Assembly: GCA_964016885.1 (NCBI GenBank)
Contig: OZ024743.1
Location: forward strand, 59,582,001 to 59,646,000
Direction of reading: 5' to 3'
From: Eledone cirrhosa
Lineage: Eukaryota
Length of the DNA: 64,000 nucleotides
The notes beneath the pieces were generated by a model. It was given only the letters and a program-made list of their open reading frames with translations, did not search any database and was not told where the DNA came from. The position numbers were made by a program, and so were the translations under genes. Shown piece by piece: positions 29,981-46,212 of the stretch (position 1 is its first letter; each line of letters begins with the position of its first letter).

Positions 29981-31930
29981 CAAGAAATAAGAGTAACATA
30001 GTTGTCTGTACAATAAGTGCCTTATTAACAGTGCTGACAATTGTTTCTTTGATCTGGTAGGTCTAAAGTTCGCTAATCACTAGATGTTCGTCAATCGATC
30101 TCCAATACTTTGTTTATAACCAGTTAATTCATCAGAGCGAGCGAATGTGAGAATACTATACAAGGCATGGCTTTTATAGAGGAGTGGTATTAGACCAGAA
30201 CAATAATATCAATAACAAAATAACTAGATACTGAATAGTTAAAATAATTGTTTCTACTTTTGGCACAAGGCCATCAATTACCCAGTACATTACTGGTACT
30301 AAATAATAACATCAATATCAGGAAAAAATAGAATATAATGATAAAACTAGCATGGTAACCGAACTGATATGATAGAGATGTATGAAGTTGTCATGTGAAA
30401 ACTACTATAGGTTACTTTAGATGTAGTTTTTGATGGATGAAGAGATAACTAATAAAATGTACTTAGAGTCAGAATTTTGGAATCTACCCCTTTAAGTGCA
30501 ATTATTAGAGATCTAGATACCAGTGTGCTGTGTGTCTAAAAGCACGCTAGCAATAAACCGGAGATTGATTTATGGTTTGACAGATGAGTATTTTCGTTCT
30601 ATCAACTTAGTTAGATTGATAGATTGAGTGTATAAAGATATATGTTTCTTAGGTATATTAAGTGAAATTGTAGATTCAGTATTTTAAGGTTTAGGTGGCT
30701 TATTCTAAATGTTGGGATTGCTAGTTCGAATCATGGGGGTTTAGTTTTCACAACATCAATGAAAAATAGCGTATAATTAAGACAATAAATCAACAATAAA
30801 ATATGCATGGTAAATAGATAGAGAACATGATGAATAAAATTAGGGATAGGGTACATTGAGTTGATCATAATAGTAATAAAAAGAAAATAAGAAAATAAGA
30901 AAATAAGAGTTTCAAGGATGTATGACTAATAATATAATGTACTTAGAATTAAGTTCATCTGTTAAAGATCATGGTTGCTGATATGAGATATGTAGATATA
31001 ATTGTTTGGTCCGAAAGAATAAACAACAGGAAAGGCTAGATTGATTTATGGGCTGACATGATAATTGGTAGATGTTTGTAGATATTACTGCCCCATATTG
31101 GTGGTATAGCTGTAGAGAGGCTGGAATGTGTTTATAGAAGATCATGGTTCTGAAGTGGGCTGTGTGAGAATGTGGATTTCATACGTTAAACCATCCACAA
31201 CACAGAATACTCTAACTGGACTACCTCTAAGTGGATTGCCTTTAACGAAAACTTGTTATCCCGTTTATATATATATATATATATATATATTTGTATGTGT
31301 GTGTATGTGCATTTGTGTATATGCATGTGTCTGTATTTGCGCATCTGTGTGTGTATGCGTGTGTGAGAATGTGTTTCAGTATATACTTATGTGTTAATCA
31401 TTGACTTAGTTTGACGCCATCGTACAGCTATTTCTTATATTTACCAAATATTGAACGAATTCGAAAAAGTTCTTCGGTTTGAAGTTAACTTCCTCCATTA
31501 AAGCAGTCCTGGAGATCGGAAATGTGGTATAGGTAGTGTTCTATGCTCACCAAATTAAAATATTGTTACTATATGAAGATCATTTTTTAGTATTTGCAGC
31601 CATAACGACATATGAGTTGAGGGTTATGTAAGAAGGTTAATATATGAAGTGCAAAATGTGACAAGAATTGAACGACCATTTAGGAGGATTTGGATGACAA
31701 GCAACACCGCTCACACAACATATAACTTGAACAAGCGTTTCATATTAATTTCATCCAATCCTACGTGTCTATGACAAAGACAATATCAGTTATTTGCTTA
31801 GTTCCATGTTACATATATTTGTTGAGATATGAATGTGGGCGGATCATTACATTTCCTCTTAATAGATAATTTGTTCATGTTTAGCTTCTTATATGTATCG
31901 AATTAAATGCAAATTAAGCCTAATATAATA

Positions 31931-31964
<34 letters not shown>

Positions 31965-34203
31965 GTGTGTGGGTGGGTGTATGTGAGCGTGTGTGTGTGT
32001 GTGCGTGTGTGTGTGTCAGTCAGTACTGGCAGTCATTTGAAGATGGTATTATTGAAACGTATTCATTACATTATTTTTAAACCTTTCCTGGTCGAAGATG
32101 TTCGTGCGTGTTGCAAGAGATTAACAATCTGTCATCTCTGTTTCCAGTGAGTTGCTTCTGCTTCTCGTGTGTCTACGATATAGAAATTTATCAATTTGTA
32201 TCCATCAGGCTTGTCTCCATCTTAGTTACCTTGCTAAAATGGAACCACTGTTTATCTTTATTTATTGTTTATTATTTTGTTACTAATGGGACTGAAATTC
32301 TATCCTCGGTATAAGCATTTGGGTGAAAGAGGATTAATGATCAACAACCTATTACATGAACCATAGTGCATTTACCATAGCTGTTATACGATATAATTAC
32401 TTGGGGATTGTTATGACCACTAACAGTTTTACTATGCGTCAAATATTAAGCATTAATGATATTAAAATCATTCACGTTTCAAAGTTTGTTCTTGCGGCAT
32501 TTCTTTTTCTACTCGTTAGTTAATGCTGAGAGATAGTTGATAATTCGCGTAGGAGTTTGCGTTGGTAGATATAATAGTATGTAGATTATAGTAATGAGAG
32601 ACAAGTCAACTACAATTCTTATGGACTGAGTATTTACCATTCTTGTTGCTACATATATTTAGAAGATGTCGGGGATTCCATTTACATCTTTCATAATTAA
32701 TTGCATGGGAGTCATATTTGAAATTTTCGTTAAACTGGTGTTGTGAAAATAGAATTCACCTGCTCTCTGAATATAGCAATTTAGGTAATGAAAACGGATG
32801 GATTTGGTATTCGTTCAATTTAACAAGGATGGTTGTATGTAGGATACGCTCCAAAGCTATACTGATCTCATAGAAAATAATATTGTTTCCTAGATGATAT
32901 TAAAGGTGAGCGTTCATCCAATATGATAAATACTAGTACAAATCTTAGTACAAATCTTATGGCTCTAATAATATTGATAAACAATATGTATATATGTTTT
33001 ATTTATTTAATCAATGTATACGCCCATATAGAGCTAATAAGCTATGGGCGATTGGGGGAGTTATAAAATACACCTTATAATAAAAAAAGAAAATACGAGG
33101 GTGTCAGAGATGGAAAAAAAAAGAAAGAAAGAGAATGGAAATATTAATAGAACGGAAAAGATGCAACAATAAGAAGAAAAAAGGGAAAAAACGAAGATAT
33201 CTATAAAACAGCAACAATTTTCTGTTGTCAAATCTTTTCGTAGCCTCCATGCAATGAACATTTTTGTTCATAGTTGGAAGATCCTTGATTGTATATTTCT
33301 GAAGATTTTTATAGAGTAGCTTCAAAATATCCTTTCCACTAGGCTGGTAGTTTTTTCCACAATGTTCTATTCTATTTGATATTTTGTCTCACCAAATAAG
33401 AGGGATAAATCTCGCCATTTTCGCAATGTCTGGGCTAATCAACACAAGATAATAATTACTATACAATACCGAAATGTTATGGATTAAATCAATACATGGA
33501 TATATATCAGTTAATGACATAAATCAATCAAAGTGTGATGCAGATGTGCCAATTATTATAAAACAATGTTGATACCCTAATTAATGTTACATAGGAATGA
33601 CGCTTGATTTAGGCTTGTTATAATTATTATTTAGATGAGAATATTAAGGTTACAATAGATAGATTACAGTTTATATTGAGTTCATCTTGCTATTGAAAAT
33701 AAGTATCGGTTCTGGGTTAAAGTATCAATAGTTATCTCAACGTCTTTTACCGCATAATACAGGACCGCTACGCAGGACATGTTTGACAATATGCATAAAA
33801 CTATGACTGCAAAATAATAAAACTTAGAATATTTACATGAAAGCCAAACATGTTCATAACAATCTGTCCCCTAGTAAGCACAATATAGAATTGAAACTAA
33901 TTCAGCATTTTGAAAAGTACAAAATAGTATTATTAATGGTATTATTAATAGTATTATTAATCGTACCTTGAAATTTACACAAAAGGTATATATAACAACG
34001 TAATATAGACATTTGAATAATCAAACCAGATCCTTATATATATTTTGCTAAATCCTTACAAGATATTAAGTTAATATATATAAGGTAATATTATATAATA
34101 ATATATTAGGTTACTGTAGGGCCTGTAGATACACGTATTGCCAATAAATTATAATAGCGATGACATACTGAATATCAATATATATATATATATATATGTA
34201 TAA

Positions 34204-34274
<71 letters not shown>

Positions 34275-34685
34275 TAAGCACTAAATACATAAATAACTCT
34301 AACTCCACACAAGGAGACTAGACGGGTCTAGGAATAATTCACATTCTCCTTGATACTCGATATGGCCAAAAACAGTAAACAAAAACAAAATTCTAAACTC
34401 TACATGGAATTAAGATTCTTTAATCGAACGACATATATTTGTCAGACCCACATTATCCCATCGAGGATTCTAGATATTGGCTAAAACATTATCAAAACGT
34501 ATAGTATTATATCGGAAGAGACAGATATTGTAGTTTCCCTTTGCTTAGAGATCGTATGGATAATGGCTTTAAGCGTTACAAAATTGTTTCAGAGCAAAGC
34601 TAGAAATAATTCCTCAAGCAGGGACACATACCTACACTTCCTTTGTTAAAATAAATATATATATATATGTATATATGTATAAATG

Positions 34686-34730
<45 letters not shown>

Positions 34731-34740
34731 TGTGTGTATA

Positions 34741-34806
<66 letters not shown>

Positions 34807-34847
34807 TATATGTGTGTGTATGTGTGTGTGTGTATATATATATATAT

Positions 34848-35159
<312 letters not shown>

Positions 35160-35887
35160 TGTGTGTGCATATATATATATATATAAATATTTATGTGTGC
35201 GTGTATTAAATGGTACCATATCAGAGTACAATAAGAAATTCCAAAAGGCATGTCACTATATATTAGTCCATATATAAAAAGAAAATGATCAATAAAATGT
35301 TATATCTTAAATTTTAGCGACAACGGAATATTACACCGAAAAAACAACGATTTACTATTTTGCATGTATTTGCTATTTTTCACTTTCAATTTAATTAAAT
35401 AATTAATATATTTAATAATAAAGTAACTAATTCATATTTCTATATATTGTTTTATGAAATACTTAGATCAACTAATATAGGTCTGTGACTGGCTCCAGTA
35501 CAGTGTTGCTTTATGAATATGTATACGTTCAATTCCTTAGCAATATATTACTTGTTTTAATAAACATTATTCGATATTTAACGATTAACCCTATCTATAA
35601 AATTCCTATCTTTCAAATCCTCATTCCCGTACTAAGTGGTTTCCAAATACATTTTGCAGTAAATTGATCTTATTAAATTACTTCTTTCATTTACACCTAT
35701 AGGGCTTTTTTGTTAGCTTGCAGTTGATATAATTTTATTAAACTGATTTTGCTGCCATAGCTTTAACTATTCGTCTACACATTTATTCAAATATATAAAT
35801 GACCTTCACGGATTAATTTAAAAATGAAGACCAAAAGTTTTCCCTAAATCAAAAATCTATTTGTCCACACATATTTTATTGAAAGGA

Positions 35888-36025
35888 ATGGGCCTCCGTC
35901 GGCTCCTTCGTGTGTGCTCCAGTGATGTGATCAACGGAAGTGCCTGTGAATTGACATGCACGAGGCGAAACTGTCCCCAGACACGTGTCCCCTTAAAATA
36001 ATTATTATGGAGAATCAATGTGTCT
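35888..36025 (+). mobile_element. Decayed central-domain fragment of a cephalopod-type SINE
   Basis: gggcctccgtcgg...gatcaacggaa..gcctg..gtgaatt...cagacacgtgtcccctt resembles a recalled octopus SINE body. Confidence 0.4.
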
Positions 36026-37245
36026 CCTGTGAACTTATTATATATATATATCCATAATATTTATTGAACATAAACAACAAGGGGTTTATTTAGGGTATAG
36101 TTAGGATCAGTATTTTGTAGGGGCGATATTAACTTATTTCTCCGTATTTAGTGACGAAGGAAGCCAATATGTTATCTATGGCTCCGTTTATCGTATCTGG
36201 GATTTAGCAAATCGAATGGCCTCAAGCATCTAATAGGGGGTACATAATCGAATGCTTATCTGTAGTTCATTCACAGTGTAACTATGTTCCTCGTATGTCT
36301 CTGCACCTCTGACATCGCGACTTCGTTAATTAGGAGTTGACCAACACACCGATAACCTCATTTCCCCTCAGCTGATTGCTCATTTGTGATGATCTTGTTA
36401 TTGTCACACTGTCACATCCTGGAGGAATAGGATCGGGCAGATTATATGCATATAATAGATTAGGCTCTATCATGCAATAGGCCAGTAGCTTTTGGTCAAG
36501 AGGTTATCTTTGTATCGGGGTACCAATATCATTTCTACTAATGTCAAGCCTGTAGCTATATATACATGTCTCTTGAGAGCTTGGTGGTGAGTTTGATAAT
36601 GTACACACAACAAAAACTCAGGATACTTTTTTACTAGTAACGGACATTCATGTCTCCTCCCATCTTGATGTTTCCCTATCACAGTATTAAGGGCATCACC
36701 ATTGATGCTTTATGTTTTTGAAGTAATGCAATGGCAGTAGTTATTTCTACCACACTGCATCTTGGTTGAATTTGTTTTCGTTACCGCATATACTTCTCCA
36801 GAAGGAAGCTGTCTTTCCGTGATGGAGCCTCAGTGATGTTTATCGATTTGCTCCGCATATCTCTAAAGATTTTTTTTTTGTCAGCTGAATCTTGTATTAA
36901 GAACCTCTCCCCTTTTATTGAGGTATTGCTGTATTTTTGTATGTATGTATCTATGTGTGTATATATGTACGTCTGTAAGGATGTATGTTTGTATGTATGT
37001 GTGTAAGTATGTACGTATGTACGTATGTATGTGTGTGTATTTGTATGTGTATAGTGTGTTTAAGTATGTGTGTATGTATGTGTGCACGTATGTGTGTATG
37101 TGCGCATTCGTGTATGTATATGTGTATATATTTATTCACGGATGAATGTATGCATGTAAGTGTGTAAATACGTATGTAAATGTATGTAAATATGTAGGAA
37201 AAGTTAAACATTCATACAAATTCGTGTCTATACACACACACACAC

Positions 37246-37288
<43 letters not shown>

Positions 37289-37403
37289 TGTAAGTGTGTG
37301 TATTATATGTCTATATGTGCGTGGGCGTATGTGTGTATCCATATATATTTCACCTTTATGTACTTTTTATACACTTCACAATATTACATGCTTAAACTGG
37401 TGC

Positions 37404-37473
<70 letters not shown>

Positions 37474-38462
37474 CAATAAATGGCGTAGGGCAGCTTATTA
37501 ATTTGTTGTTTAAATATACAAAATGGTAACATATTTCATATACAGACGTTTGTAATTGGGTGATAAATAGAAACTTCACATTTCCTAAGCTATTCCCTCA
37601 CGAAATTATTTCATAAATAAGCTTCAACTAAAATGTTATTGATTTTGTATATAAAGAAATAGAAATTCAAGTAATTGAATTGTCATGTTACTTGTTAGGA
37701 GTAATTTAATTTACATTATTTGAAATATATTCAAAATAGTTTCATCCCTTCTGGTCTAAATATTTATGTATTTCAAATATATTCTAACAAGCATCATATG
37801 AATGTCTGGTTAAAAGAACGATTAGAGCACTTTTAGAGTAATTTGGTATACAGTTTCTCCTGGTTTATTACGGGCTTTTGGTTTACGAGGGAAAGGTTTT
37901 ATTAGGTTAGTGATACCGAGAAACGAGGATGCCTTCAGGTTTCGATAACACGAATTCTATCATCATGGGTGGTTAATACAGCTGAATTAATGGAATATAT
38001 TACAGTATACAGTATTAACGTTGTTGTTTCTGAACGGAACGAAATTAAATTAGAGAGTGAAACATCTTCCCTGATGAAAATCCCGCATGTATTTAAATGT
38101 AGTGTTTATACAAACATACATGTCTATGTATATGTTTATATATATATATATATATGCTTATCTATAAAAGATATTAAGTTCCAACATCATTAGTCATTAT
38201 GTTACAAATATAACATCAAGAAGCTGAATAACATGACTCTACTTGCGGTACAATATCTTGCCAAATAACTGTTCATACATAATGATGTATACACATATTT
38301 TACTTTCACAAATTATCGATGTATCAACTTTAGGATTTTACACGGGGTGTTGAAGCTGAATCAGCAACATAATACCAAATATATTATAGCCATTTAAGAA
38401 GCACATGCACACATATATATCTATATCTATAGCTATCTATTGATCTATCTATATATCTATCA

Positions 38463-38512
<50 letters not shown>

Positions 38513-38833
38513 ACGTAAAAATGCTGACTTAACGGGATTGCATAGGCAACACACCAATCAGTAAATAATGATGCAATGTGAATCAACCACTCAACGTCAT
38601 GTTTTTTCTTCCAGATATATATATGAAGCCTCTTAACTAATCTGGATATTGTGTCAATGAAACGAAAATACTTTGTGCCTCTATTTATAAGAGCCAGCCT
38701 TACATTGTATTCTTTAGGCCTACTCTTCTTCAGACCTACACGAATCTATGATACATGCAACTCCATATGCATCTATTTCTTTCTACCTATCTATCTATAC
38801 GCCCTTGTAGCATAGATATAAATATATCTATCC

Positions 38834-38952
<119 letters not shown>

Positions 38953-39117
38953 TCAATATATTAATAAATGGAAACTATTTATAGAATAATAGTTATTTTA
39001 ATATATTGACTATTTACTCCACTAATCTCTTGAGTGCTTTATATCAGTTATAAACATGTTTAAGCTTGTTGAATCACAACAAATTAAATATAACCTCTGC
39101 ATATATATATATATATA

Positions 39118-39209
<92 letters not shown>

Positions 39210-39273
39210 CGTGTGTGTACATATATCTTTCCAAATCTCTCTCCCTCCCCCTCTCTATCTCTATCTTTCTCCC

Positions 39274-39305
<32 letters not shown>

Positions 39306-39711
39306 TACATATCTGAGTGTGTGTGTCTGTGAGTGCGTGTGTGTGTGCGTGTGTGTGCGTGCGTGTGTATGTGTGTGTGTGTGTATGTGCGCACACATAT
39401 TCAATTATGCTTACTCACTCGGTTCAGATATAATATTTAAAAAATGCTTATTTATCAAAAACTGCCGGCTCCCTATTGTGTATCTTCACCAATTATGAAC
39501 ATAAAATGTGTATAAGCTATATTTTCTCCTTGCGTACCCGAGCACTCTTTAAGGAACCTCGAGTGAAGAATCAGTGTGTCACAATCCGACACTGCTAGCT
39601 CTTCTTAATAAAGAAACAATATATGAATTAATGACAATATTTGAATTAATGACGTTACGATCATGAGCCGAACTCCACTATCCAGGAAACCAAGCATAAT
39701 CACCACGATAA

Positions 39712-41501
39712 CACCGTGTAACATATTTCCTGTTCCTCTGTTATCCGTATCATTTCCTAGTTTGTTATATCCCATTATTATCAAAAAACACTATTATTTA
39801 ATAAGAAGTTTTTGTTTGTAGTCATGAGTTTGATATTTCAAACTGTTCATATTTAAAAAAAAAAACACTTTGTTTTAAAATTTATCAGTTCATATAATTA
39901 AATCAACAGAGTGTATATTTATTTTATTACACAAGCTTATCAAAAGCGAACAAGTAGAAACAAATAAAACTTAAAAAGCAACTTATACACGTCAGAAACG
40001 ACTGGATTTCCTGATTTGCGCTTGTAGTCCAGGTCGCATTCCTGCACTAGCCCCCAGATATAGTCCCCCATCATTTTTTCATTGTAATGGCCCTGGTACC
40101 TCCGTTCTATCTCTTTCACATCTTGGTTGAATTGTTCGCCTTGTTCTGCTGAGTAGGCGCCCATATTATCCTTGAATTCTTCCAGGTGAGCGTCCAGCAT
40201 ATCGAGTTTAAGCGACATCCTGCATCCCATGGCGCCAAAAGCCTTTATCAGATCCTGCACCAGTTGCTGGTAGTATTCAGCTCTTTAGTTGCCCAGGAAG
40301 CCCTTAACAACGGCCTTGAAACAGTTCCATGCTGTTCTCTCAATCCTATTGTACTTATTGGAGGACTCGGTAGACTCAAACACCTTCTTTATCTGAGGTC
40401 CAACAAAAATTCCACCTTTGATTTTGGCCTCAGATAACTTTGGGAAGAACTCAAGAAGGTAATTAAAAGCGGCTGATTCTTGGTTGAGAGCCTTCACAAA
40501 CTGCTTCATCAACCCCAACTTAATGTGCAGTGGCGGCATGAACACAATCCTGGGATCAACCAGTGGCTCCCACATGATGTTCCGGGTCCCAACTACAAAT
40601 TTCAGTTCTCTGCTCCCAGTTATTTCTTTTGTAGTGGTCAGAGGTGGCTCTGCTGTCCCAAAGGCAGAGAAAGCATTGGAATTTGATAAAGCCTCCTTGG
40701 AGTCCAAGCAGAAAAGCCACCGTCTTAAAGTCTCCAATGATTTCCCAATTGTACTGGTTGTATTACAGAGCTTCCAAGAGGACTTTCACACTGTAGTAAT
40801 CTTCCCTCAAGCATATTGAATGAGCTAGGGGCAGTGTCGGCAACTTGTTTCCATTGTGGAGGAGGAAAGCCTTCAAACTTGTGGGGGAGCTGTTTATAAA
40901 TAGCCGCCACTCCTTGGGCACAAACGGCACCCCAATAATCTCAAAGAGTCCAGGCACGTCATGGCAGAAGCAGAGGCCATCCCTCAGAGTGTAAAAGCCT
41001 GAGAAAGGTTCGTGTCGACTTTTCTGACTTGTCACCTGCACTTCCTCCTTCACCAAGTTCCACTACTTCATCCTGGAGACGAATAGCTCTGCATTGGACT
41101 TGGTCAGACCTATATCTCTGACCAAGTCATTGATTTCTTTTTGGTTTGGCAAGTGAGGAACTTTTTTATGGTACCCCAGTATCAATAAATCTCTTTAATC
41201 CACTTTTTAACAATTTTATACTTTATTGCACTTTTATAATTATCTTTAGGTATTACTCTTTATTTTATAATTTTAATTTAACCTGAAACATATATAAAAA
41301 GAATCATTTAACATAAGCAAATTAAACTTACATAAAACGTAAAATCCAGCATACAAATAATTCTAGTGAATAGCTTAACATTTTTACAAACCCCAACTTT
41401 TAACTGTTTAATAGCACTTTTTTATTTATTTGGAACCTAAGCAACACAAAAAAGTGATTACAAGCCAGAAACGGAAAACATTTTTTTTTCGTTACACGGT
41501 G
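39712..41501 (-). mobile_element. Chapaev/CMC-type DNA transposon, decayed transposase
   Basis: 11-bp TIRs caccgtgtaac/gttacacggtg; ATAA duplicated on both sides; transposase motifs FLLHNGNKLP, PPLHIKLGLMKQFVKAL, GIFVGPQI, CRMSLKL...GAYSAEQGEQFNQD, MMGDYIWGL in frameshifted ORFs. Confidence 0.85.
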
Positions 41502-42139
41502 ATAATCACACGGATCTTATGCGTTCACTCGTCTCTCACTCATCACCAAATAATTATCAATATTGTATTTTCTAAACATGTAGCGCCTATATAAACATAT
41601 CATATAATGACATACGCTATATACATGTTTTTCCTTCATATTTTGCAGATTGAAGTAAATCCAATCAAATAATCACCACACCTGCAGCAATGCTAACGGT
41701 ATTTAATATGGACTATTTGTAAGTATGTCATATTTATACCTTTTATATTCTCTATGTATTCTGTTCATTGATCATTTCATATGGTTGTTATTGTTGCGTA
41801 AAATCTATTAGATACGTTTTATGATTAGAGAAAATTATTTAATGTGACATTTTTGAAAATCGTCATGATGTGACGATCTATTGATGTATTGCTAATCACA
41901 CAGGAAATGTTCAACATACAGCGGCATTTGTTTTGTGCAAGAATTAGATTGCATTTCAAATGCAATGTTGTTATTACAACACAAATTGTGGTTTACACGA
42001 ATACATTAAATGTGTGCATGAGTGAATACATCTGTGTATTTAATTTATATATGTATACATATATATATATATATATTCGTATGTACCAGCACGGGCGTAT
42101 GCACACACATATACACATACACATATACGCACGTACCCC

Positions 42140-42191
<52 letters not shown>

Positions 42192-42393
42192 GGTGGGGGT
42201 GATATCATCTACGTTTATCTTGACACTATTTCCTAAACTATTCAATAGCAACACGCTGCACTTGCAGATATTTTCGTACATGTTTTATACTTTTTGTTCT
42301 CACCATTCCGTAAGTCAGAAAGCTTAAAATTCGCACATATTTGTTTCACACACACACACCTATATATATGTATATATATATGTATATATATGA

Positions 42394-42455
<62 letters not shown>

Positions 42456-42518
42456 TCTTTAAGGAGGGATAACTTCTACAGGACTAGAACTGTTTCTTTC
42501 AAAATAAACCATCAGGGC

Positions 42519-42565
42519 TTTCCTGATGATTTCTTTTGAACGAAACAGTTCTAGTCCTGTTGAAA
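42519..42565 (+). ncRNA. Type I hammerhead fold (canonical CUGAUGA core), family D
   Basis: tttc-CTGATGA-t ttc(tttt)gaa c-GAAA-cag..ctg-TT-gaaa; a degenerate inverted copy is adjacent at 42473-42517; the downstream sequence recurs at 46058-46135. Confidence 0.6.
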
Positions 42566-42721
42566 CCGTTTCTCTATTTAACTTGATTTTTACATTCTAC
42601 TGACATATTGAGTACCTTCCTTTAACTGTGGTTACCCCCACGCCCGAATTGCACCGGGGTCTAACACAGACACACTGACCGACACGCAAATAAGCACACG
42701 CAAACGCTTATATATAAATAA

Positions 42722-42813
<92 letters not shown>

Positions 42814-42816
42814 CGA

Positions 42817-43160
42817 GGCACATGGCTTAGTGGTTAGAGCATTGTCCTTGCAATCGAAAGGTTGTGAGTTCAATTCTCAGACCGGGTGATGTGTTGTTTC
42901 CTTGAGCAAGACAATTTATTTCACATTGCTCCAGTTTACTCAGCAGTAGAAATGAGATGATAGGGACTGGGGTCCATATCATTCCACTGCAAAGTGTAGT
43001 GGAGGTGCCGCGGCAGAAAAGCACCCAGCACTCACTGTAAATGAGGTTGGTGTTAGGAAGGGCATCCAGCTGTAGAAATCATGCCAGAATCAGTTCCCGT
43101 CCCACCTTTGCAAGCAGGGAAAAGCGGAATTAACATGATGATGATGTTGATGATGATGAT
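42817..43160 (+). mobile_element. tRNA-derived CORE-type SINE (family 2) with (GAT)n tail
   Basis: A-box tggcttagtgg, B-box gagttcaattc, ccttgagcaagaca core-like segment, aggaagggcatccagctgtagaaa, gatgatgat tail. Confidence 0.8.
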
Positions 43161-43576
43161 ATATATATATATATATATTTAAATTTTAAGCAATGAATCA
43201 CTTCTTTCACTCTTAACGGTGGGTGAAAGTAGCTATTCTTTGCTTAAAATTTAATCTGTTCTTATAAAAAATATTTTCACTACGGGTTTATATATATTTT
43301 ATAAATATATAATCCTTATCGAGCCATGTTCGGATTTTAGTCTTCACATTTATTATTAGTATATATATATATATATATATATATACATACGGAAAAAATG
43401 AAACGAAATTTCATTTCCCACTCTTAGTACGGTTGTTACTTAAATATAAGTATGTACACGTACATACATATATGTATACAGACGTATTTACATACATGCA
43501 CATATATATATATATGTAGGTATTGATTCACCGAACATTTATTGTAATGCTCGGTCTGTTTGTAAACATACATCCC

Positions 43577-43611
<35 letters not shown>

Positions 43612-43744
43612 AATAAGGTAGATACTAAGGCAATTTGACCAAATGAGGTTTATTCTTCAACATAGTTCCTTTTGCGGTTCACACAATATCGCTGACGCAG
43701 TGATTGTATCAAAGAACCCATCAATATATATGTATATATATATG

Positions 43745-43776
<32 letters not shown>

Positions 43777-43875
43777 TACATATATATGTGTGTGAGTCTG
43801 TATGTGTGGGTCTCTATCTCTGTGTGTGCATGTGTGTGTGAATGTAGTTTTACCAGGTGTATTTTAGCTAAATGT

Positions 43876-44235
43876 TATAAGAATGTACATTTAACAGTAA
43901 ATTATTCCATTCAACAACCTGTTGTTAGTCAGTACAACACAGGGAATCTTCAAAGTTTATTAAAATCATAAACGATAAATATAATATCATGACAAAACCC
44001 TCAATGACAGAGGCAATGAAGGATAATAGATAGTATAAATAACTAATCTAACTACATACCAGGTCAAGAGAAAAAATATTTATGTTATCTATTATTCTTA
44101 AATGACTCTTGGGTGTTTTGTCATGATATATTAATCGTTTATGATTTTATTAAACTCTGAAGATTCTTAGTGTTTGTACTGACTAACAGCGGATTGTTAA
44201 AGAAACTAATTTGCTGCTAAATGTGCATTTTTATA
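43876..44235. mobile_element. Fold-back/MITE-like element with ~135-bp diverged inverted arms
   Basis: 43876-44010 is an approximate reverse complement of 44103-44235 (e.g. taaaatcataaacgat/atcgtttatgatttta). Confidence 0.7.
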
Positions 44236-44357
44236 GGAAGAAACAATTGTCAATAATTGGTTTGTAATTACATTAGAGTTAGATATATTGAGTCGTCCAG
44301 TATCAAATTATATATTATATATATATATATGTGTATATATATATACATATATATATT

Positions 44358-44483
<126 letters not shown>

Positions 44484-45020
44484 CATGAAATTTATTTTAG
44501 CGAAATCAAGTGGTTTGCAGAAGGAATATCTGTATGTGATACACTCTGAGGTTCTGCATCATGCGAGGAATTTTCCAGATAAAACTGAAACATGACTGGA
44601 CGAACAATGCTGGCAGTAAATGGAAAGAAGCTTTTGGGCGTGTTCCTATGTTGAGAATCATGGATATGCATATTTCGATCTTGCTGGAGGGTCTCAACCA
44701 ACAGATTTTCTCTTGGGCCCTTCACCAAGGTCGGAGTGTGCATGTTACAATATCCTGGTTGAATGAACCAATTGAAGAAATTGTTCCAGTTTTAATCACC
44801 AAGCCATCGAACACCAAGATATAAAAAAATCGGAAATATATTTATACTTTCATATATTAATTTATATGAGAATGGAAGACTTAATAAGATTACTAAGTTC
44901 AATTAGTAATATTATATACATATATACATACATAACATACCGACACACACACAAACAAACACACACACACACTCACACATACATATATATATATATATAT
45001 ACATACATATTTAGATATGC

Positions 45021-45052
<32 letters not shown>

Positions 45053-45161
45053 TCATATATATTATATACATATGTATATATATATATGCATATGTATGTA
45101 TGTATATATGTATGTATATATATATATATATATATGCATATAAATTTGTACACAGAAATAA

Positions 45162-45239
<78 letters not shown>

Positions 45240-45599
45240 ATATACTGGAAAAGCCACAAACCCTCCATCTTAATTCTACTTTTGAAAAGCACAAGAGCGG
45301 CGAAACCGCCACAGGAAACAAATAAATATAAATATTTAAAAAAAAGACTTCAGTTGCATTTTAGAATTCACCTTTTTTCTTTATACTTTCACTCGAGTAG
45401 GACATCTCTTTTTTTTTTCATTTTGTAAAAAAACCTCACTCTCAAATGCTAATATATATATATTTATATATATATATATCTATTATAGATATCTATACAT
45501 ATATATAGACAGTCCATCGACTTTCGTCAAATCGGACCGAGGAAACAATGTTTCCGTTGGTCTTTCCAATTGCTAATACTATCTATCGGTTGCTTCTCC

Positions 45600-45724
45600 A
45601 GGTAGAAGTAGCAACTTGAAGTAAAGTATCTTGCTCAAGGACATAACGCATCGCACGTTCCAGGAATCGAACTCAAATCCTCACGATTGCGAATCCAATT
45701 CTCTAAACTCTCAGCCACGCGCCT
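45600..45724 (-). mobile_element. SINE family 2 5' fragment
   Basis: tcttgctcaaggaca...ggaatcgaactc...cagccacgcgcc: core plus B/A boxes on the minus strand. Confidence 0.65.
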
Positions 45725-45750
45725 TCATAAATATATACACATATATAAGT

Positions 45751-45875
<125 letters not shown>

Positions 45876-45931
45876 TATAAATATATACACACATATATAT
45901 ATATATATTTATATATATATATATATATATA

Positions 45932-45983
<52 letters not shown>

Positions 45984-46132
45984 CATATATACATACATAT
46001 ATATAGATCGATACATACACACACACACACATACACACACACACAAACATTTAGTCTGTACTAACATATTGAGTACCTTTTAACTGTGGTTAACCATGAT
46101 TTACTCCGGCATCTACATACACGCGTCCCAAC

Positions 46133-46206
<74 letters not shown>

Positions 46207-46212
46207 TTATAT

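Noticed and set aside
32040-32155. Possible small exon ending in gtgagt
   Set aside because: No clear acceptor, ambiguous frame and no recognisable peptide.
28990-33480. Faint PLE RT/GIY-YIG traces (also at ~660-1000, 4700-5150 and 10430-11200)
   Set aside because: Too decayed to delimit or translate reliably by eye; an HMM search is needed.
42817-42895. tRNA gene
   Set aside because: A and B boxes are present but run directly into a SINE body and tail; no convincing cloverleaf.
44500-44824. Coding-looking island
   Set aside because: No continuous frame or recognisable motif; probably a decayed TE fragment, but this cannot be supported.
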